A stretch of 64,000 nucleotides of DNA from NCBI RefSeq assembly GCF_964188315.1, contig NC_135657.1, positions 806,001 through 870,000 on the forward strand. Reading direction: 5' to 3'. Numbering within the stretch: position 1 is the first letter of the stretch; every line of letters begins with the position of its first letter. Positions 22,242 through 34,937 of this stretch are shown here, in pieces. Made by a program: the position numbers and the translations under genes. The notes under the pieces are model-generated. The model had not been told where the DNA came from and made no database searches. It saw only the letters and a program-made list of their open reading frames with translations. The stretch comes from Podarcis muralis (taxonomy: Eukaryota).

Positions 22242-24687
22242 TAATAAAAATAATAAAATTAATAAAAATAAAATAAAAAATAATAATTTATTATACCCCG
22301 CCCATCTGGCTGGGCTTCCCCAGCCACTCTGGGCAGCTTCCAACAAAACACTAAGATACAATAACCTATTAAACATTAAAAGCTTCCCTAAAGAGGGCTG
22401 CCTTCTGATGCCTTCTAAAAGTCAGATAGTTCTTTATTTCCTTGACATCTGCTGGGAGGAGGCGCCACCACCGAGAAGGCCCTCTGCCTGGCTCCCTGTA
22501 ACGTGTCTTCTCACAGTGAGGGAGCCGCCAGAAGGCCCTCGGAGCTGGACCTCAGTGTCCGGGCTGAGCAATGGGGGTGGAGACGCTCCTTCAGGTCTAC
22601 TGGACCGAGGACTCTCGGGGTCCCTTCCAACTCCACAATTCCATGAGAGGCCCCTTGGAAGTCCTCAGGGAGGGAGGCTGCCTTTCTTAGGAACCGTACA
22701 ATCACAGAACTGTAGGATTGGAAGGGCCCTCATGGGCCATCTAGTCCAACCCCCTGCAAGGTAGGAACCACAGCTAAAGGGTCCCTGGTGGCTGGTCCTC
22801 CGACCTCTGCGTAAACACCTCCAATGACAGATAGGTAGCCGTGTTGGTCTGCCATAGTCAAAACAAAAAATTTTTTCCTTCCAGTAGCACCTTAAAGACC
22901 AACTAAGTTAGTTCTTGGTATGAGCTTTCGTGTGTTGTATCTGAAGAAGGAATTTTTTTTTTGTTTTCACCTCCAATGAGGGGTTTTTCATGCGCTCTGG
23001 GGGTAAGATGTGTCTGGCCTTAAAAGGGCTCTCCGTATATACGCTAAAGAACTTTTGACATACTTGCTGATTGCTGTTGGGCAAACACAGAAGCGCAGCC
23101 CAAGAAGCCGTTGCGCAATGTAGCCTGGCGGGCCGGGCGTCAGAGCCCTTGCGACACTGCAAGCACCCACAACCCACGTTTGCTGTAGGTTAAAGGGAGT
23201 TTATTTTATCTGCCTCCGGATCACGCAAAGAGCACCTGTCTGAAAACGCCAGAACAATTCGCCTTGCGCGATCTTCTCCCCATTTGCAGTGACTTTTGCC
23301 TCCCCCAATGTAAGATTTCCGAAGATGTGCCAATGCTCCCGCTCTCCTGTTTTTGTTATGTGTTTTATGCTGCCTTTATATTTCCTGTGCAATGGAAGCG
23401 ATGCTAAACACACATTTTGGGGTGGGGGTCCCCCACAAACCTGCCTGCCTGGTTCTGAAGCTGACGGCTGTCTGTCTGTGCTTGCAGTGACACGGGCACA
23501 TTCCTGGGGCTGGGCACCGTCACGGGCTCCGTGGCCATCTTCGTGGCCTTCTCCTTGCAGGTAGGCAACTTCCCGCTCCTTCCCAGGCGGCTCCTGGCCT
23601 CGTGGGCAGCCTGACACTGATAGCCCAAGGGCAGGAGAGAGCCAGCAAAGGCCCTGGGCAGGTCCTGGGGCTGGACCACAGGGAGGGCTGGAGTCCAGCT
23701 GGGAGGGACCCACCTTGCAGTGCTGGTGTCAGAAAAGAAAAGCCCCCCCCCCCCCAAGCCGGCTGAGCAGGGGTGGGGCTGTGCCTGAGGACAGGCACGC
23801 TGCAGGCATGGCCAGCTGCCTTCCCTCCAAGGGGTGGGGGCCTAAATGGCATCGGGGAACAAGTGCTGATCCTGAGAGCCCCATCGCTGTTCCTCCACCC
23901 CCCCCCCCCGCCCGGAAGACCTTCATGTGAGGCCTAGGACCCTCGTACCTACAGGACCGCCTCTCCCAATATGCCAAACGGAGGACCTTAAGGTCCATAA
24001 ATAGCAACACCCTAGAGGTCCCAGGCCTTAAGGAACCAGATTAGCCTCAACCATAGCCAGGGCCTTTTCAACACTGGCTCCGGCCTGGTGGAACGCTCTG
24101 CCTCATGAGACCAGGGCCCTGCGGGGTCTGATTTCTTTCCGCAGGGCCTGTAAGACAGAGTTGTTCAACCTGGCCTTTGGCTTGGAATCAATTTGATTCC
24201 AGTTTCCAGTTTCTGGAAACTACAGGGGGGGAGAGGGGAGCTCTTGCGCTCAGATCCTCTTGGAGAATATGGTTGGCGACAGTGAGAACAGGATGTGGGG
24301 CGTGAGGGGCCCCTGGCCTGACCCGGCCGGCTCTTCTTCTCTCCCGCAGAGGCTGTACTACGTGCGAGAGGCGCACGGCATTGTGGTGACGGCGTTGGCT
24401 TTCCTGCCGGACACCCCTGACCTGCTCCAGGACAACGAGGCGGCCCTGCTCAGCGTGGCCGTGGACAGCCGCTGCCACCTGCACCGCATCCCTTGCCGAC
24501 GTAGGTCGGGGGTGGGGCCCCTGCCCTGCCACAGGGGGGCTTGGGGGGCCTCTTCCCTGCTTTGCTCAGTCGTCTCCCCTCTCTCCCCGCAGGGAGCTTC
24601 CCCGTGTGGCTGGTGCTGCTCTTGTGCGCTGGACTCATCGTGGCCTCGGTCCTGCTGCTCCAGCTGGCCTTCCCCGGCTTCCTCTAG
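18778..24687 (+). CDS. PREB: PREB/SEC12, Sar1 guanine-nucleotide exchange factor, 422 aa; join(18778..18912,19502..19715,20066..20286,20384..20464,21579..21703,21785..21958,23488..23560,24350..24500,24593..24687)
   Basis: N-terminus [20 protein letters not shown]-loop [15 protein letters not shown]40 segments ([14 protein letters not shown]; [11 protein letters not shown]; [13 protein letters not shown]) and C-terminal TM ending AFPGFL*. Nine exons sum to 1269 nt, in frame. Confidence 0.97.
18982..19500 (+). repeat. GC-rich tandem repeat in PREB intron 1 (four copies of the core; periods 156, 170, 132)
   Basis: GGGGTTAATCTTC(T/C)(T/G)AGCAATGGCTG starts at 18985, 19141, 19311 and 19443. Confidence 0.9.
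22828..22968. mobile_element. Short PLE-derived element in PREB intron 6 as an inverted pair carrying split hammerhead halves
   Basis: Minus strand reads CACAC-GAAA-GCTC-ATACC from 22934 down; plus strand reads GTAT-CTGAAGA-AG at 22937-22949, then a T-rich tract mirroring 22861-22882. Confidence 0.55.
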
Positions 24688-26101
24688 GCCTCGGCTCTGC
24701 CCTTCCTGCGCTGGGGGGGCGCCCACCCCTTCCTCATCCCACAGACTGCAGAAGGCCCCGGGGTCCGGGGCGAAGGCTGCCCCCTCAGAGCCTGTGGACA
24801 GGTGTGCTTGGCTGAGCCAGGGGGGCAGAACCCCCACAGATGAAGTCTTGGGGTGGGGCATGAACTCTCGTCGTCCCCCGTCCCCCCTGCTGGTGACTAC
24901 GGGGTGGGGCAGCCCCACTCCTCCGTTCTGGACTGCCACGTTGAAACATTCCAGCCTCGGCTGCGTTGGGCAAGCGAGGCCCCTCCCAGCCCCACGACGG
25001 GGGTCTTGCAAGTTGCCATTAAACGAGATGATGGAGCAAGAGCTCTGCTCCCTGCCTGCCTCGTCTGTCCCCTCCTGGCTGGGGCGGGGCTGGAGCACCC
25101 CACAGGTGCGCGAGGGGCTGTTTTGCACCAGACTTGGAGCAGTGGAGGTGGTCTGCCACGTGGGACCCCTTCCCCGCTCTAGTAAATGGCTGCAGCCTGG
25201 GAGCCCCCACCTGGCCTTGTGCCCATGGGTGTCGGGGCACAAGGAAGAGGGGAGCAGGGGGGCTTGTGCCTTTTGTGGGTACATGCGCTTTTTAGGGGTT
25301 GCATGTGCCACCAGGCCGCGGAAATGCTGATCAGAGCTCAGATTCTTGCCTTGCAGCAGGTTGGACTTAGATGACCCACGACTTATGCGATGACCCAACT
25401 AAGCCACTAAAAATTCCCCTAAGCTGTAATCTGACCTCCTTCCGCTTGCTCAACTCCAGTATCTGTTTTTCCTCCGTGTAACTCTAAACCCCTCCCTTCC
25501 TGCGGCTGAGACGATCCTTTGCTCCGCCATGTGCAAAGCCTGTCAGGAATCTCTCAGCTGCTGCTGGGTTCCTCCAGCTTCCCAGGAAGCTCACATTCCT
25601 GCAGATCAGCTGTGAGGATCCTGCTACCGATGCCATTGGCTCCCAGTTGCCGTGTCCTGAAATGACGCCGGCCCTTTATTTTCCCAGCAGTGAACTTGTA
25701 TTACGAACGGCCTTTGCATGCCACCCTCTGCCCTCATTGAGGTGCAAGCAAGGCTTACCTGGCTCAGCGGCAGCCCAGGTGTGCTCTGAGCTGGCTGCCC
25801 ATCACCCCCTGAGGGAGTGAACCAGGAAATCAGAGGCTGGAGGGCGACAAGGCCCAGAGCAGTTGTGGAAAGGACAATGAATGGTCTCCACACAAGCCCA
25901 CACCTGCTGCCCAACATGCAGCCTGGCTCTGAGTGGCACGGAGAGATTTTTGTGCGGTAGGTGGGGGTAGAATGTGCACATTTGTGTGTGTTTGTTTTAC
26001 AGGAAATCGACCCAACACAATCAAAGATCTCAGCCCTTTCTCTCCTTTCACCAGTTTGGCCTCCTGTGGCCGCTGCTGGCTGGGAGTGGCTCTCTTGGGT
26101 C

Positions 26102-26107
26102 TTTATT
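26102..26107 (-). terminator. Possible ABHD1 polyadenylation signal
   Basis: AATAAA on the minus strand about 525 nt after the stop, but at the edge of a (TAT)n run. Confidence 0.4.
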
Positions 26108-26630
26108 ATTATTATTGATTATTGATTAAACTTGTTAGTTACTTAGGGCAGCCCAAAGCGGCTTGCGACCATTTTAGATGGGTGTCCTTTGCCAGCTGTT
26201 CTATAGTTCTTTAACTGGCAGCCGCTCTCCAGGGCTCCAGCTCTCCCTGGAGACGCTGCCAAAGGGGTTTGAACCCAAGGCCTTCTGCAGGCAGAGCAGC
26301 TGCTCTGCCCCTGAGCTCTTGCTGTCCCCCCCCCCCCCAAAGAAAGAGGGGAAAGGGCTCCTCACTGGGGTGGAAGCAAGTTTCTGGGCGAGAGAAGTGC
26401 AGCTTCCTTTGTGCCCAGAATGGAAGCAGCCTCACGCCAAGGTACTGGAAAAGCCATCTTGTATTCTGCACGGTCCTGGTCCCAGCAGAGCCAGGCTCTT
26501 GGAGGGGCTGCTGGCCTCTGGTTCCCCCCCTTGGAAGGAGCAGGGCAACGGGCTCAGGCCCTCCACCTGTGGGGCTCACAGGGCCTGCGCTGGGGGCCAC
26601 AGGGACCCTCCTCCTCCTCCCTGGTTCTGC

Positions 26631-29600
26631 TTAGGAGGTTGCCACCTGGGTGCCCGGCCCTTGTTCGTGGCACTGCTGCAGCTGCTGCTCCTGCTCGGCT
26701 GCCACGGCGGCCGCCAGCTCTTCCTGGTGCTCAAAGACGGCCCCCGCAAACTGGGCGAAGACGCGGTCCATGTAGCTCTGGTGGCGCGGCAGGAGCCCCT
26801 CCAGGAAGCCGATGTGCCCTCCTCGCGCCGTCACCAGCAGCGCCAGGGTGGAGACGCTCTGGGCTTCCTTCACGGGGATGGCTGCAAGGAAGGCGGATGG
26901 GGGGTCAGTCGAGAGCAGGAGCCCCGGGGGGAGAGGGGCGCCTGCCTGGGAGGAGGCCGGGGGACTCACCGTGAAGCGGGGAAAAGGGGTCGTCGGAGGC
27001 GTTGAGGCACAGCACCGGGACCCGGAAGCTGCGCACCTTCTGGCAGGGGCTGGCGGCCTGGTAGTATTCCTCGCAGGAGCGGTAGCCAAAGGCCACGGCC
27101 GTGTAGCGCTCGTCAAACTCCCGGATGCTGCGCGCCTGCAAAGAGAGAGCACAAAAGCGTTCGCTGCGGTGTCGCAGGGGGGTTGGGCTGGATGACCCTC
27201 GTGGGTCCCTTCCAACTCTTCCAGGGAGGGGGCCGTACCTTCAGCACGTGGTCCACATCAATTCGCTCAGCAATGATCTTCCTGTGCCTGAAAATAGGGT
27301 TGAGGTGTGAGCAGGGAATGGAAAAGGGGGGGGGGGTTGGGGAAGGAAGAGCCGAAGGGCAGAGGGTCTTGGGGCCCCTCCCTCCCGGAAGGGGTCCGGA
27401 ATGCCAGACCTGCCTCTGCCCCCCCCCCACAACAGCACCGCACCGCTGGATGAGCTTGCGCAGGTTGGCCGTCAGGTGCTGGTTGAAGAGCACCTGGTTG
27501 AGGGGGCTCTCGAGGGAGTGGGTGGTCTCGAAGGAGTCCCAGCTGACGGAGCATGTCATGGCGGCCACCAGTCCGGCTTCTGGGCCCTTGCGCCCCAGGT
27601 AGTTCAGCACCAGGATCCTGGGGGCAGGAAGAGGAGTTTGGATTTGATATCCTCATTTATCACTTCCCTTCAGGAGTCTCAAAGCGGCTCATATTCTCCT
27701 TTTCCCTTCATCCCCCACATCAAACACTCAGTGGGGTGAGTGGGGCTAAGAGACTTAAGAGAGAAGTGTGACTGGCCCAAGGTCACCCAGCAGCTGCAGG
27801 TGGAGGAGCGGAGACGCGAACCCGGTTCACCAGATTACGAGTCCACTGCTCTTAACCACTACCACCACACTGGATCTCCAGAGGGATGCTTCAAATGGAT
27901 GGAGGGGTGGCTTTGCCCCAGGTACGTTCTGGGCACAGCTGGACCATCAGTCCCTGTCCTGCCCCCCCCAGAGCCCCTCTATATTACAGGTTGCCCCTGT
28001 GATTGGCCAGCAGCTCTCTGGGAAGCCCTCTCCGTTTGGAGAAAAGGCAGCACAATAGAAGTTTATAAAATGGGGGGGAAAGTCCTTTATGTAGCACATG
28101 GTTAAAGTGTAGAACATTGCAAGATTTGGGATGGATTTAAAAGCATGAAGTTAAACTGTGGAACTCCCTGCCACAGGAGGCAGTGCCGGCCACCAAGCTG
28201 GAAGGTTTTAAAAGAGGAGGAGACAAATTCATGGAGGAGGAGAGGGCCGTCATTGGCTACTAACCACGATGGCTATGCTCTGCCTCAACACTGAGAGGCA
28301 GCGATGTTTCTGGATTCATAGAACCATAGAGCGGAAAGGGAGCCAAGGGTCATCTAGTCCACCCCCTGCAATGCAGGAATTCCCGTCACTGGAGGGGAGA
28401 GGACTCTTGCGCTGGAATCCTGCCCTTTAGAGCCACTGGGTGAACAGGATGCTGGACTAGAGGGGCCAGCAGCTTGATCCTGCAGGCCCTTCTTGCGCTT
28501 CCGTGCAGTGAACTGCGAACGGCACCCACACACTCTTCTTTGGGGCCAAGACTCAGGGCAGCTTTCAGGCTGCTCAGAACATTTTTTCAGGTCCAAACAG
28601 CTCCAAACAGCTGCAGGCCAAAGGCTGGCACCCCCCCCCAAGGGAGCTTCTCCAGTAAAAGCCCACCCACCCCCATTCTGGAGCGTCCCCCTTGAGCCAC
28701 TTCCGTTTTGCACTTCCGGGTCCTGGTTTCACATTTTCCGCACTGGCAAGAGAATGTGGGCAAGTTCTAGAGGAGGAGGCCAGCCAGTCCAGAGGGGCAA
28801 ACGGGGCAGACCTGGAACACCTGGAGCCATCAGATCAGCCACACCGTGGCTTATAGGAAACGAACACCAATGGCTGCCACAGGCCACTTCCGGGGTCACA
28901 CTGGAGCATTCCTCTGGGATTCCTAGCAGTCCTGGGGGTCCCTTTCTCAAGCAGACTGGATCTGGTGGTGGAAGAGGGGTACAGTCCCCTGGCAGCCCAG
29001 AGCTGGACTGAGCCCCTTGCTCTTTTGGGTCAAGGTTATCAGCTGAATTAAAAGACGCCTGCTTCTTGGGAGAAAAGCAATGACAAACCTAGACAGCATC
29101 TTAAAAAGTGGAGACATCACCTTGCCAACAAAGGTCCGTATAGTTCAAGCTCTGGTTTTCCCAGTAGTGATGTATGGAAGTGAGAGCTGGGCCATAAAGA
29201 AGGCTGATCACCGAAGAATGGATGCTTTTGAATTATGGTGCTGGAGGAGACTCTTGAGAGTCCCATGGACTGCAAGAAGATCCAACCTCTCCATTCTGAA
29301 GGAAACCAGCCCTGAGTGCTCACTGGAAGGACAGATCCTGAAGCTGAGGCTCCAAGACTTTGGCCTCCTCATGAGAAGAGAAGACTCCCTGGAAAAGACC
29401 CTGATGTTGGGAAAGATGGAGGGCACAAGGAGAAGGGGACGACAGAGGACGAGATGGTGGGACAGTGTTCTCGAAGCTACCAGCATGAGGGAGGCAGTGG
29501 AAGACAGAGGTGCCTGGCGTGCTCTGGTCCAGGGGGTCATGAAGAGGCGGACACCACTAAACAACGAATCATCTGAACCTCTGGGAGGTTGCCCAGGGGC

Positions 29601-32600
29601 TTCCCTGAGCCCCAGCTGGCAAACCTGCTCTTGCTAGTAAGGGAAACCTTTCTGTAGCATCAAGCGGAGACTGACGCTGCTGGGAGCAAACGCCTGAGTC
29701 ATAGGAGGAGGAAGGCTGACTCACCGGCTCCCGTAAACACCACAACCGGGCAAGCTGGGCTCTGCCTTCCCTTTCACCCAGATAATCAACTGCAGCAGAG
29801 TCCCGGTTGTGTGGGCGCAAAAGCCTCTCCAGCATTTCAGTTCCCTTCCCCTCCCACCATGGCTGGATTTGGGGACACAGGAGGTCAGGGCTGTGGGTCC
29901 CTTGAGCGAGGGAAGCCTTCCGCCTTCCACCTTCCAAAGGGTCCCCCCAAGGACACCCTCGCCCCTAACCGGCTTAAGAGAAGCGGCAGGGGCAGGAGGA
30001 GCCGTTGGGAAGGAGACCCACTGGCAGGAGACTCCGCTCCAGAGTGTCCTCGCCCAGGACTTAGGCGCTGCCAGGAGCTGTTTCCGTGCCCTTTGCCCCG
30101 CCACCCTGGAAATTTGTCTTAGGGGAGAGGCAGCTTGGCTCATAAACAGAGTCCTAGCAGGAGGCAGAGGTCATTCTCCAGCTCCTTGTGGGTGGGTCCT
30201 GGAGTGAGGCTGGCAAGAGAACAGCAGGATCTGACCAAAGGGGCCCTTTGAGTCCAGCCCCCGGCTCTCACAGGGGGCACCCGGATGCCCAGAAGCAAGC
30301 GGGAGCTGAGCCCCACAGCCCCCTGTCTCCTTCCTGAAGTGCCCAGCAGCCAGGATTCAGGGGGGCACCTTGGCATTGCCTGGGGGGGGCAGAAGGAAAC
30401 CTGGCCTCAGGTGGGGGGGATTTTGGGGGGGGCGGGAGGCCCAGGTACCTCCTGGCTCGGCTCAGCAATACTTCTGAATCTCAGTTCCTGGAAACGGCAG
30501 GAAGGGAGAGTTACTCTTGTGCTCAACTCCCGCTTTTGGGTTTCCCACAATGGGCACTCTGTGAGGTCAGAATCCTGGGCTAGAAGGGCCAGGGGCCTGA
30601 TCCTGCAGGCACTCCTGGTGCTCTTTCCTTCCTATGAGAAGGAGGCCCAAGACGGGAGGCAATGGGACTCCCCATCGTGGGGCAACGGAGCCGCTTCTCT
30701 GCAGCACAACTCCCGATTCGCACCCGCCTCCCCCCTTGCCCTGCCAGAGCCTCACCCGCCCAGCGAAACGCCCACCGCCATCAGGGGGGCCCGGGGGAAG
30801 CGGCTCTTGATGTGCCCCACCACCAGCTCCAGGTCTTCGGTGTCGTTGGCGCAGAAAGCCCTGTGGGTCTGTGGAGGGAGGAGGAGAGATGGTGGGTGAG
30901 GCTTGCCTCTTCTGCAGAGACGGAGTCAGGGTGCCCAGCCTGCCTTCGCCTTGCAGTCCAGAGCACCCTCCCCTTCCCTCCCCCAGCACCCAAGGGTGCA
31001 ACACCCCCAGCTGTGGCCCCACTCACCAGCAGCTCCTCTCCTTTGCAGCCTCGGTTGTTGAACACAACAGCCCTGCGAGGGAGACGGGAAGAGAGTGAGA
31101 ACCCAGGAGAAGGCTAGTTGTGGCTGCAAGTCATGGTGGCTACATGCTATGCCCCTTGCTGGGAAACAGCAGCTGCGGGGAGAGGGCCAAGACCCTCCTG
31201 CCCTGGCACTCCTGGGGGTCCTGGGCAGGGGGAGGCACCTGGTTGGCCATTGTGGGAACCTGGATCATGGGCCCCCTGTGACCAGACCCAGCAGCTGGGC
31301 TCTTCTCAGTTTTTTATGATTGCTAAATGGAACCTCCATAGACAGAATCAGTTTACCTTAGGGTAGTAAACAAGAATGGGAAAAGGCAGTGGTGTGTAAT
31401 GGGTAGAGTGTTGGACTAGGACCTGGGGTAAAGGTAAAGGGACCCCTGACCATTAGGTCCAGTCGTGGCCGACTCTGGGGTTGCAGCGCTCATCTCGCTT
31501 TACTGGCCAAGGGAGCCGGCGTACAGCTTCCGGGTCATGTGGCCAGCAGGACTAAGCCGCTTCTGGCGAACCAGAGCAGCGCACGGAAACGCTGTTGACC
31601 TTCCCGCCGGAGCGGTACCTAGTTATCTACCTGCACTTTGATGTGCTTTCAAACTGCTAGGTTGGCAGGAGCAGGGACCAAGCAACGGGAGCTCACCCCA
31701 TCACGGGGATTCGAACCACCGACCTTCTGATCGGCAAGTCCTAGGCTCTGTGGTTTAACTCACAGCGCCACCTGCGTCCCTAGGGGAGGACCTAGGGGAG
31801 CAGGGTTCAAATCCCCCCCCCCCCATGGCCATGAAACTCGCCTCTCAGCCTACCCTACCTCACAGGGTTGCTGTGCGCCACCTTGAGCTCAGTGGAGAGA
31901 AAGGTGGGGTGTTAACGCAACAAGTAATAGCACCGCCAATGCCAGGACCACCCCCCAACCAGGGCGCGCTTTCCCACCTGTAGCCCCGTTGCTGGACGCC
32001 AAGGACCATGTGCAGAATGTAGGTCTCCTGGCTGTTGCCCGTCAGGCCTGGCAGGAACAGGACAATGGGGCAGCTCTCTGGGTCAGGGTGCTGCCCGCTC
32101 TCGCCGTCTGCCCAATCCAGCAGCAGCTGGCCTCCGTCTGCGGTCCTCAGCACCTCACTGGATGGGAAAGGGCAAAGAGGAGGAGGCGGGTGAGATGGGC
32201 TCCCTGGCATCACAGCCCCATGCTCACCATCTCCCAAGCAGACTGGCACCGGCCCCCACCTTGGGCCTGGCTCCCTCCCTCCCCCCCCCCCATACGGCTG
32301 ACCTGCGGTAGGAGACGGGCGGGCTGGACTTGAGGAAGACGCGGACGATGGTCTGGAGCCGTCCTTCGAAGCACCAGGGCGTGGGGTAGAAGGTCTCGTT
32401 CACGATGGGGCAATATTTCTCCAGGAAGGAGCGGAAGGGCTGGCAAGCCACCAGCAGCGGGGGCTGGGGGGGGGGGAGAGGAAGGTCACAGGGAGCTCAA
32501 GCTCAGCGCTGCCCAGAGCTCTCCTTCCTTGGAGTTCAATATTCCTGCATTGTGGGGTTGGACTAGATGACTTCTAGGGGTCCCTTCTAACTTTGCAATT

Positions 32601-34684
32601 CTAAGCTGCCTCCGCTGCTGCCCACACAGAGGTTGCTTTCCTGCCTCTTGCCAAAGGGCCTCCGGCTGGCATTTGTCGTGCCCCTGGGCAGTGTCCTCTC
32701 CTGGTTCCACAGGGAGACTTTGCTCGCCCTTTCCTGCAAAACGCCTTTCACAGGCAAACACTTGTTGCTGCCCAAAAATCCTTCCTAATGTTTAGTTGGG
32801 ATCTCCTTCCTTGTCATTGGAATCCATTCGTTTGGGTCCTGCCCTCCAGAGCAGGAGGAAAAGCGATCCATGTGACAGCCCTTGAGATATTGGAAGATGG
32901 CTATCATAATCATAATCATAATTTATTATTTATACCCCAGCCACTCTGGGCAGCTTCCAACAAAATATTAAAATACAGTCATACCTCGGGTTGAATGTGC
33001 TTCAGGTTGAGTGCTTTCGGGTTGCGCTCCACGGCAACCCAGAAGTAGCGGAGTGCGTTACTTCCGGGTTTCGCCTGTCGCGCATGCACAGACGCTCAAA
33101 ATGACATCACGCGCATGCGCGGAAGTGGCAAAACACAACCCCCGCATGCACAGTCGCATCTACAGGATGCGAATGGTGCTCCAGAACGGATCCCGTTCGC
33201 ATCCCAAGGTACCACTGTACAGTAATGCATCAAACATTAAAAGCTTCCCTGAACAGGGCTGCCTTCAGATGTCTTCTAAAAGTCTGGTAGTTGTTGTTCT
33301 CTTTGACATTTGGTGGGAGGGCGTTCCACAGGGCGGGAGCCACCACCGAGAAGGCCCTCTGCCTGGTTCCCTGTAACCTGGCTTCTCGCAGGGAGGGAAC
33401 CGCCATATTAGTGGCGGATTGGGGGGTCTCAAGTTTCAGGGGTACCACGTGTGCAACACCAATATTTGCGCCAGTTGCGCTTCCCTAAATCTGCCTTTGA
33501 TCACATTGCCTCTCGGTCTCTCTTTTCCAGCCTAAACACCCCAACTTCCTCCTCCGTTCCTCACGAGGCTGTTTCCCAGACCCTTCCCCGTCTTCCGCCC
33601 AACTTCCAGCTTGTCCATATCCTCCTGAAACTGAGCTGCCCAGAACCTCGGAAGGTGCTTCTCTGCCCGGGAGAGCCAAAACCAGGCGTGGCTGGGAGGA
33701 ATCTAGTTTCTGTCCCTGATTATTGTTGTGGCAGATACCTAATGAATACTTCCGAGCCTGTTTTCCAAAGGGGGGTTTGCCGCACGTGTGTCAGCCTCAC
33801 ACCCAGCCCGAGGCGGGCAGGCAGGCAGGCAGCCCACCCCACCGTCGGGGGCAAATGCCAGGCTTAGCCCCGAGACCCCCGAAGGAAGGAGCAGAGAGCA
33901 GAGATCCCCCCCCCCAATCCCCGTGACCCTCCTGGTGTCTCTTGCCTCCACCTCGGAACCTGGCCAGGGGTCACGTCGGGCTGCCGTCGGGGGAGCTGGG
34001 CTCGTGGGGTGGGAGGAGAAGGGTCCCGCCCAGCCTAGTCCCTCGCCCGCAAGAGGGGTGCCAAGGATGCCCGGGACGCCCTCTCCCCCCCTGGCCAAGG
34101 GGCTCAGCCTCCGCCCGCCCCGTCGAGGCTACCAGGGGTCACGTCGGGCTGCCGTCGGGGGAGCTGAGCTCGTGGGGTGGGAGGAGAAGGGTCCCGCCCA
34201 GCCTAGTCCCTCGCCCGCAAGATGGGTGCCAAGGATGCCCGGGACGCCCTCCCCCCCCCCCCCTGGCCAAGGGGCTCAGCCTCCGCCCGCCCCGTCGAGG
34301 CTACCAGGGGTCACGTCGGGCTGCCGTCGGGGGAGCTGGGCTCGTGGGGTGGGAGGAGAAAGGTCCCCCCCTGCCTCATCCCTCGCCCGCAAGAGGGGTG
34401 CCAAGGATGCCCGGGACGCCCTCTCCCCCTGGCCAAGGGGCTCAGCCTCCGCCCGCCCCGTCGAGGCTGCCCACACTGACCTTGGGGACGCGCGCCCAGT
34501 AATAGGCCAGCCAGCCGGTGCTGAAGCCCAGCAGCAGCGACAGTCCCAGCATCTCTCCGCCGTCCGCGCCGTCGGGCAGGTGCTGCTGCTGCTGCTGCGG
34601 CGAACGAGGCGCCCAGAAAGTGGCCGGGACGGGAAGGCGCTCGCGCAGGCGCACACGCTCGCCCGGCCTCACCGGGGAGGCCAT
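26631..34684 (-). CDS. ABHD1: Alpha/beta-hydrolase ABHD1, about 447 aa; join(complement 34481..34684,32303..32463,31978..32157,31027..31072,30756..30868,27444..27617,27239..27287,26970..27135,26631..26881)
   Basis: [46 protein letters not shown], nucleophile elbow [23 protein letters not shown]. Nine exons sum to 1344 nt. ABHD1 rather than ABHD3 by position between PREB and CGREF1. Start codon uncertain (34699, 34684 or an internal Met). Confidence 0.92.
29038..29570 (+). mobile_element. BovB (RTE) LINE 3' fragment
   Basis: [37 protein letters not shown]...[17 protein letters not shown]. Confidence 0.9.
31428..31781 (-). mobile_element. Sauria SINE nested in a MIR-like SINE (host about 31388-31427 and 31787-31875)
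   Basis: Full body; host SINE resumes after the insert; imperfect AGGACCT(A)GGGG duplication. Confidence 0.85.
32976..33218. mobile_element. Tigger-like MITE, family 2, nested in an L2 fragment
   Basis: Ends CAGTCATACCTCGGGTT / CCCAAGGTACCACTG with TA flanks; related copies at about 3621-3862 and 57576-58172. Confidence 0.78.
33964..34468. repeat. GC-rich tandem repeat in ABHD1 intron 1 (three copies of about 170 bp)
   Basis: CCAGGGGTCACGTCGGGCTGCCGTCGGGGGAGCTG starts at 33964, 34132 and 34304; near-identical units. Confidence 0.92.
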
Positions 34685-34760
34685 CTTTGGGACGGGCATG
34701 AAGCCGCGCCCCGCCCACCCGCGCCCATCTTTGGGGCGGGCGCACCATGTAGGAGCCCAA
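34685..34760 (-). promoter_or_regulatory. ABHD1 promoter/5' UTR in a CpG island
   Basis: GC boxes and a duplicated CCCAAAGATGG motif; CpG-rich from about 33950 to 34760. Confidence 0.55.
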
Positions 34761-34903
34761 AGGGAGGGAGGCTCCTTAGCCCAGTTTCTGAAGGAGGAGC
34801 TGGCCGGTCCCCCTCTGAGAGCTCTGTCCATGCTCAGAGGCACTCTTCTTTCCCTCCCTCACAGGCTGAGCAGTGGAGAGAGGGAGGGCGGGGTATAAAT
34901 AAA

Positions 34904-34937
<34 letters not shown>

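Noticed and set aside
24260-25398. 356-aa and 346-aa ORFs on opposite strands
   Set aside because: Read-through of PREB exons 8-9 into intron and GC-rich 3' UTR.
25370-25620. Compositionally distinct stretch between the PREB and ABHD1 3' ends
   Set aside because: May be a LINE 5' fragment, but I cannot assign it without a database search.
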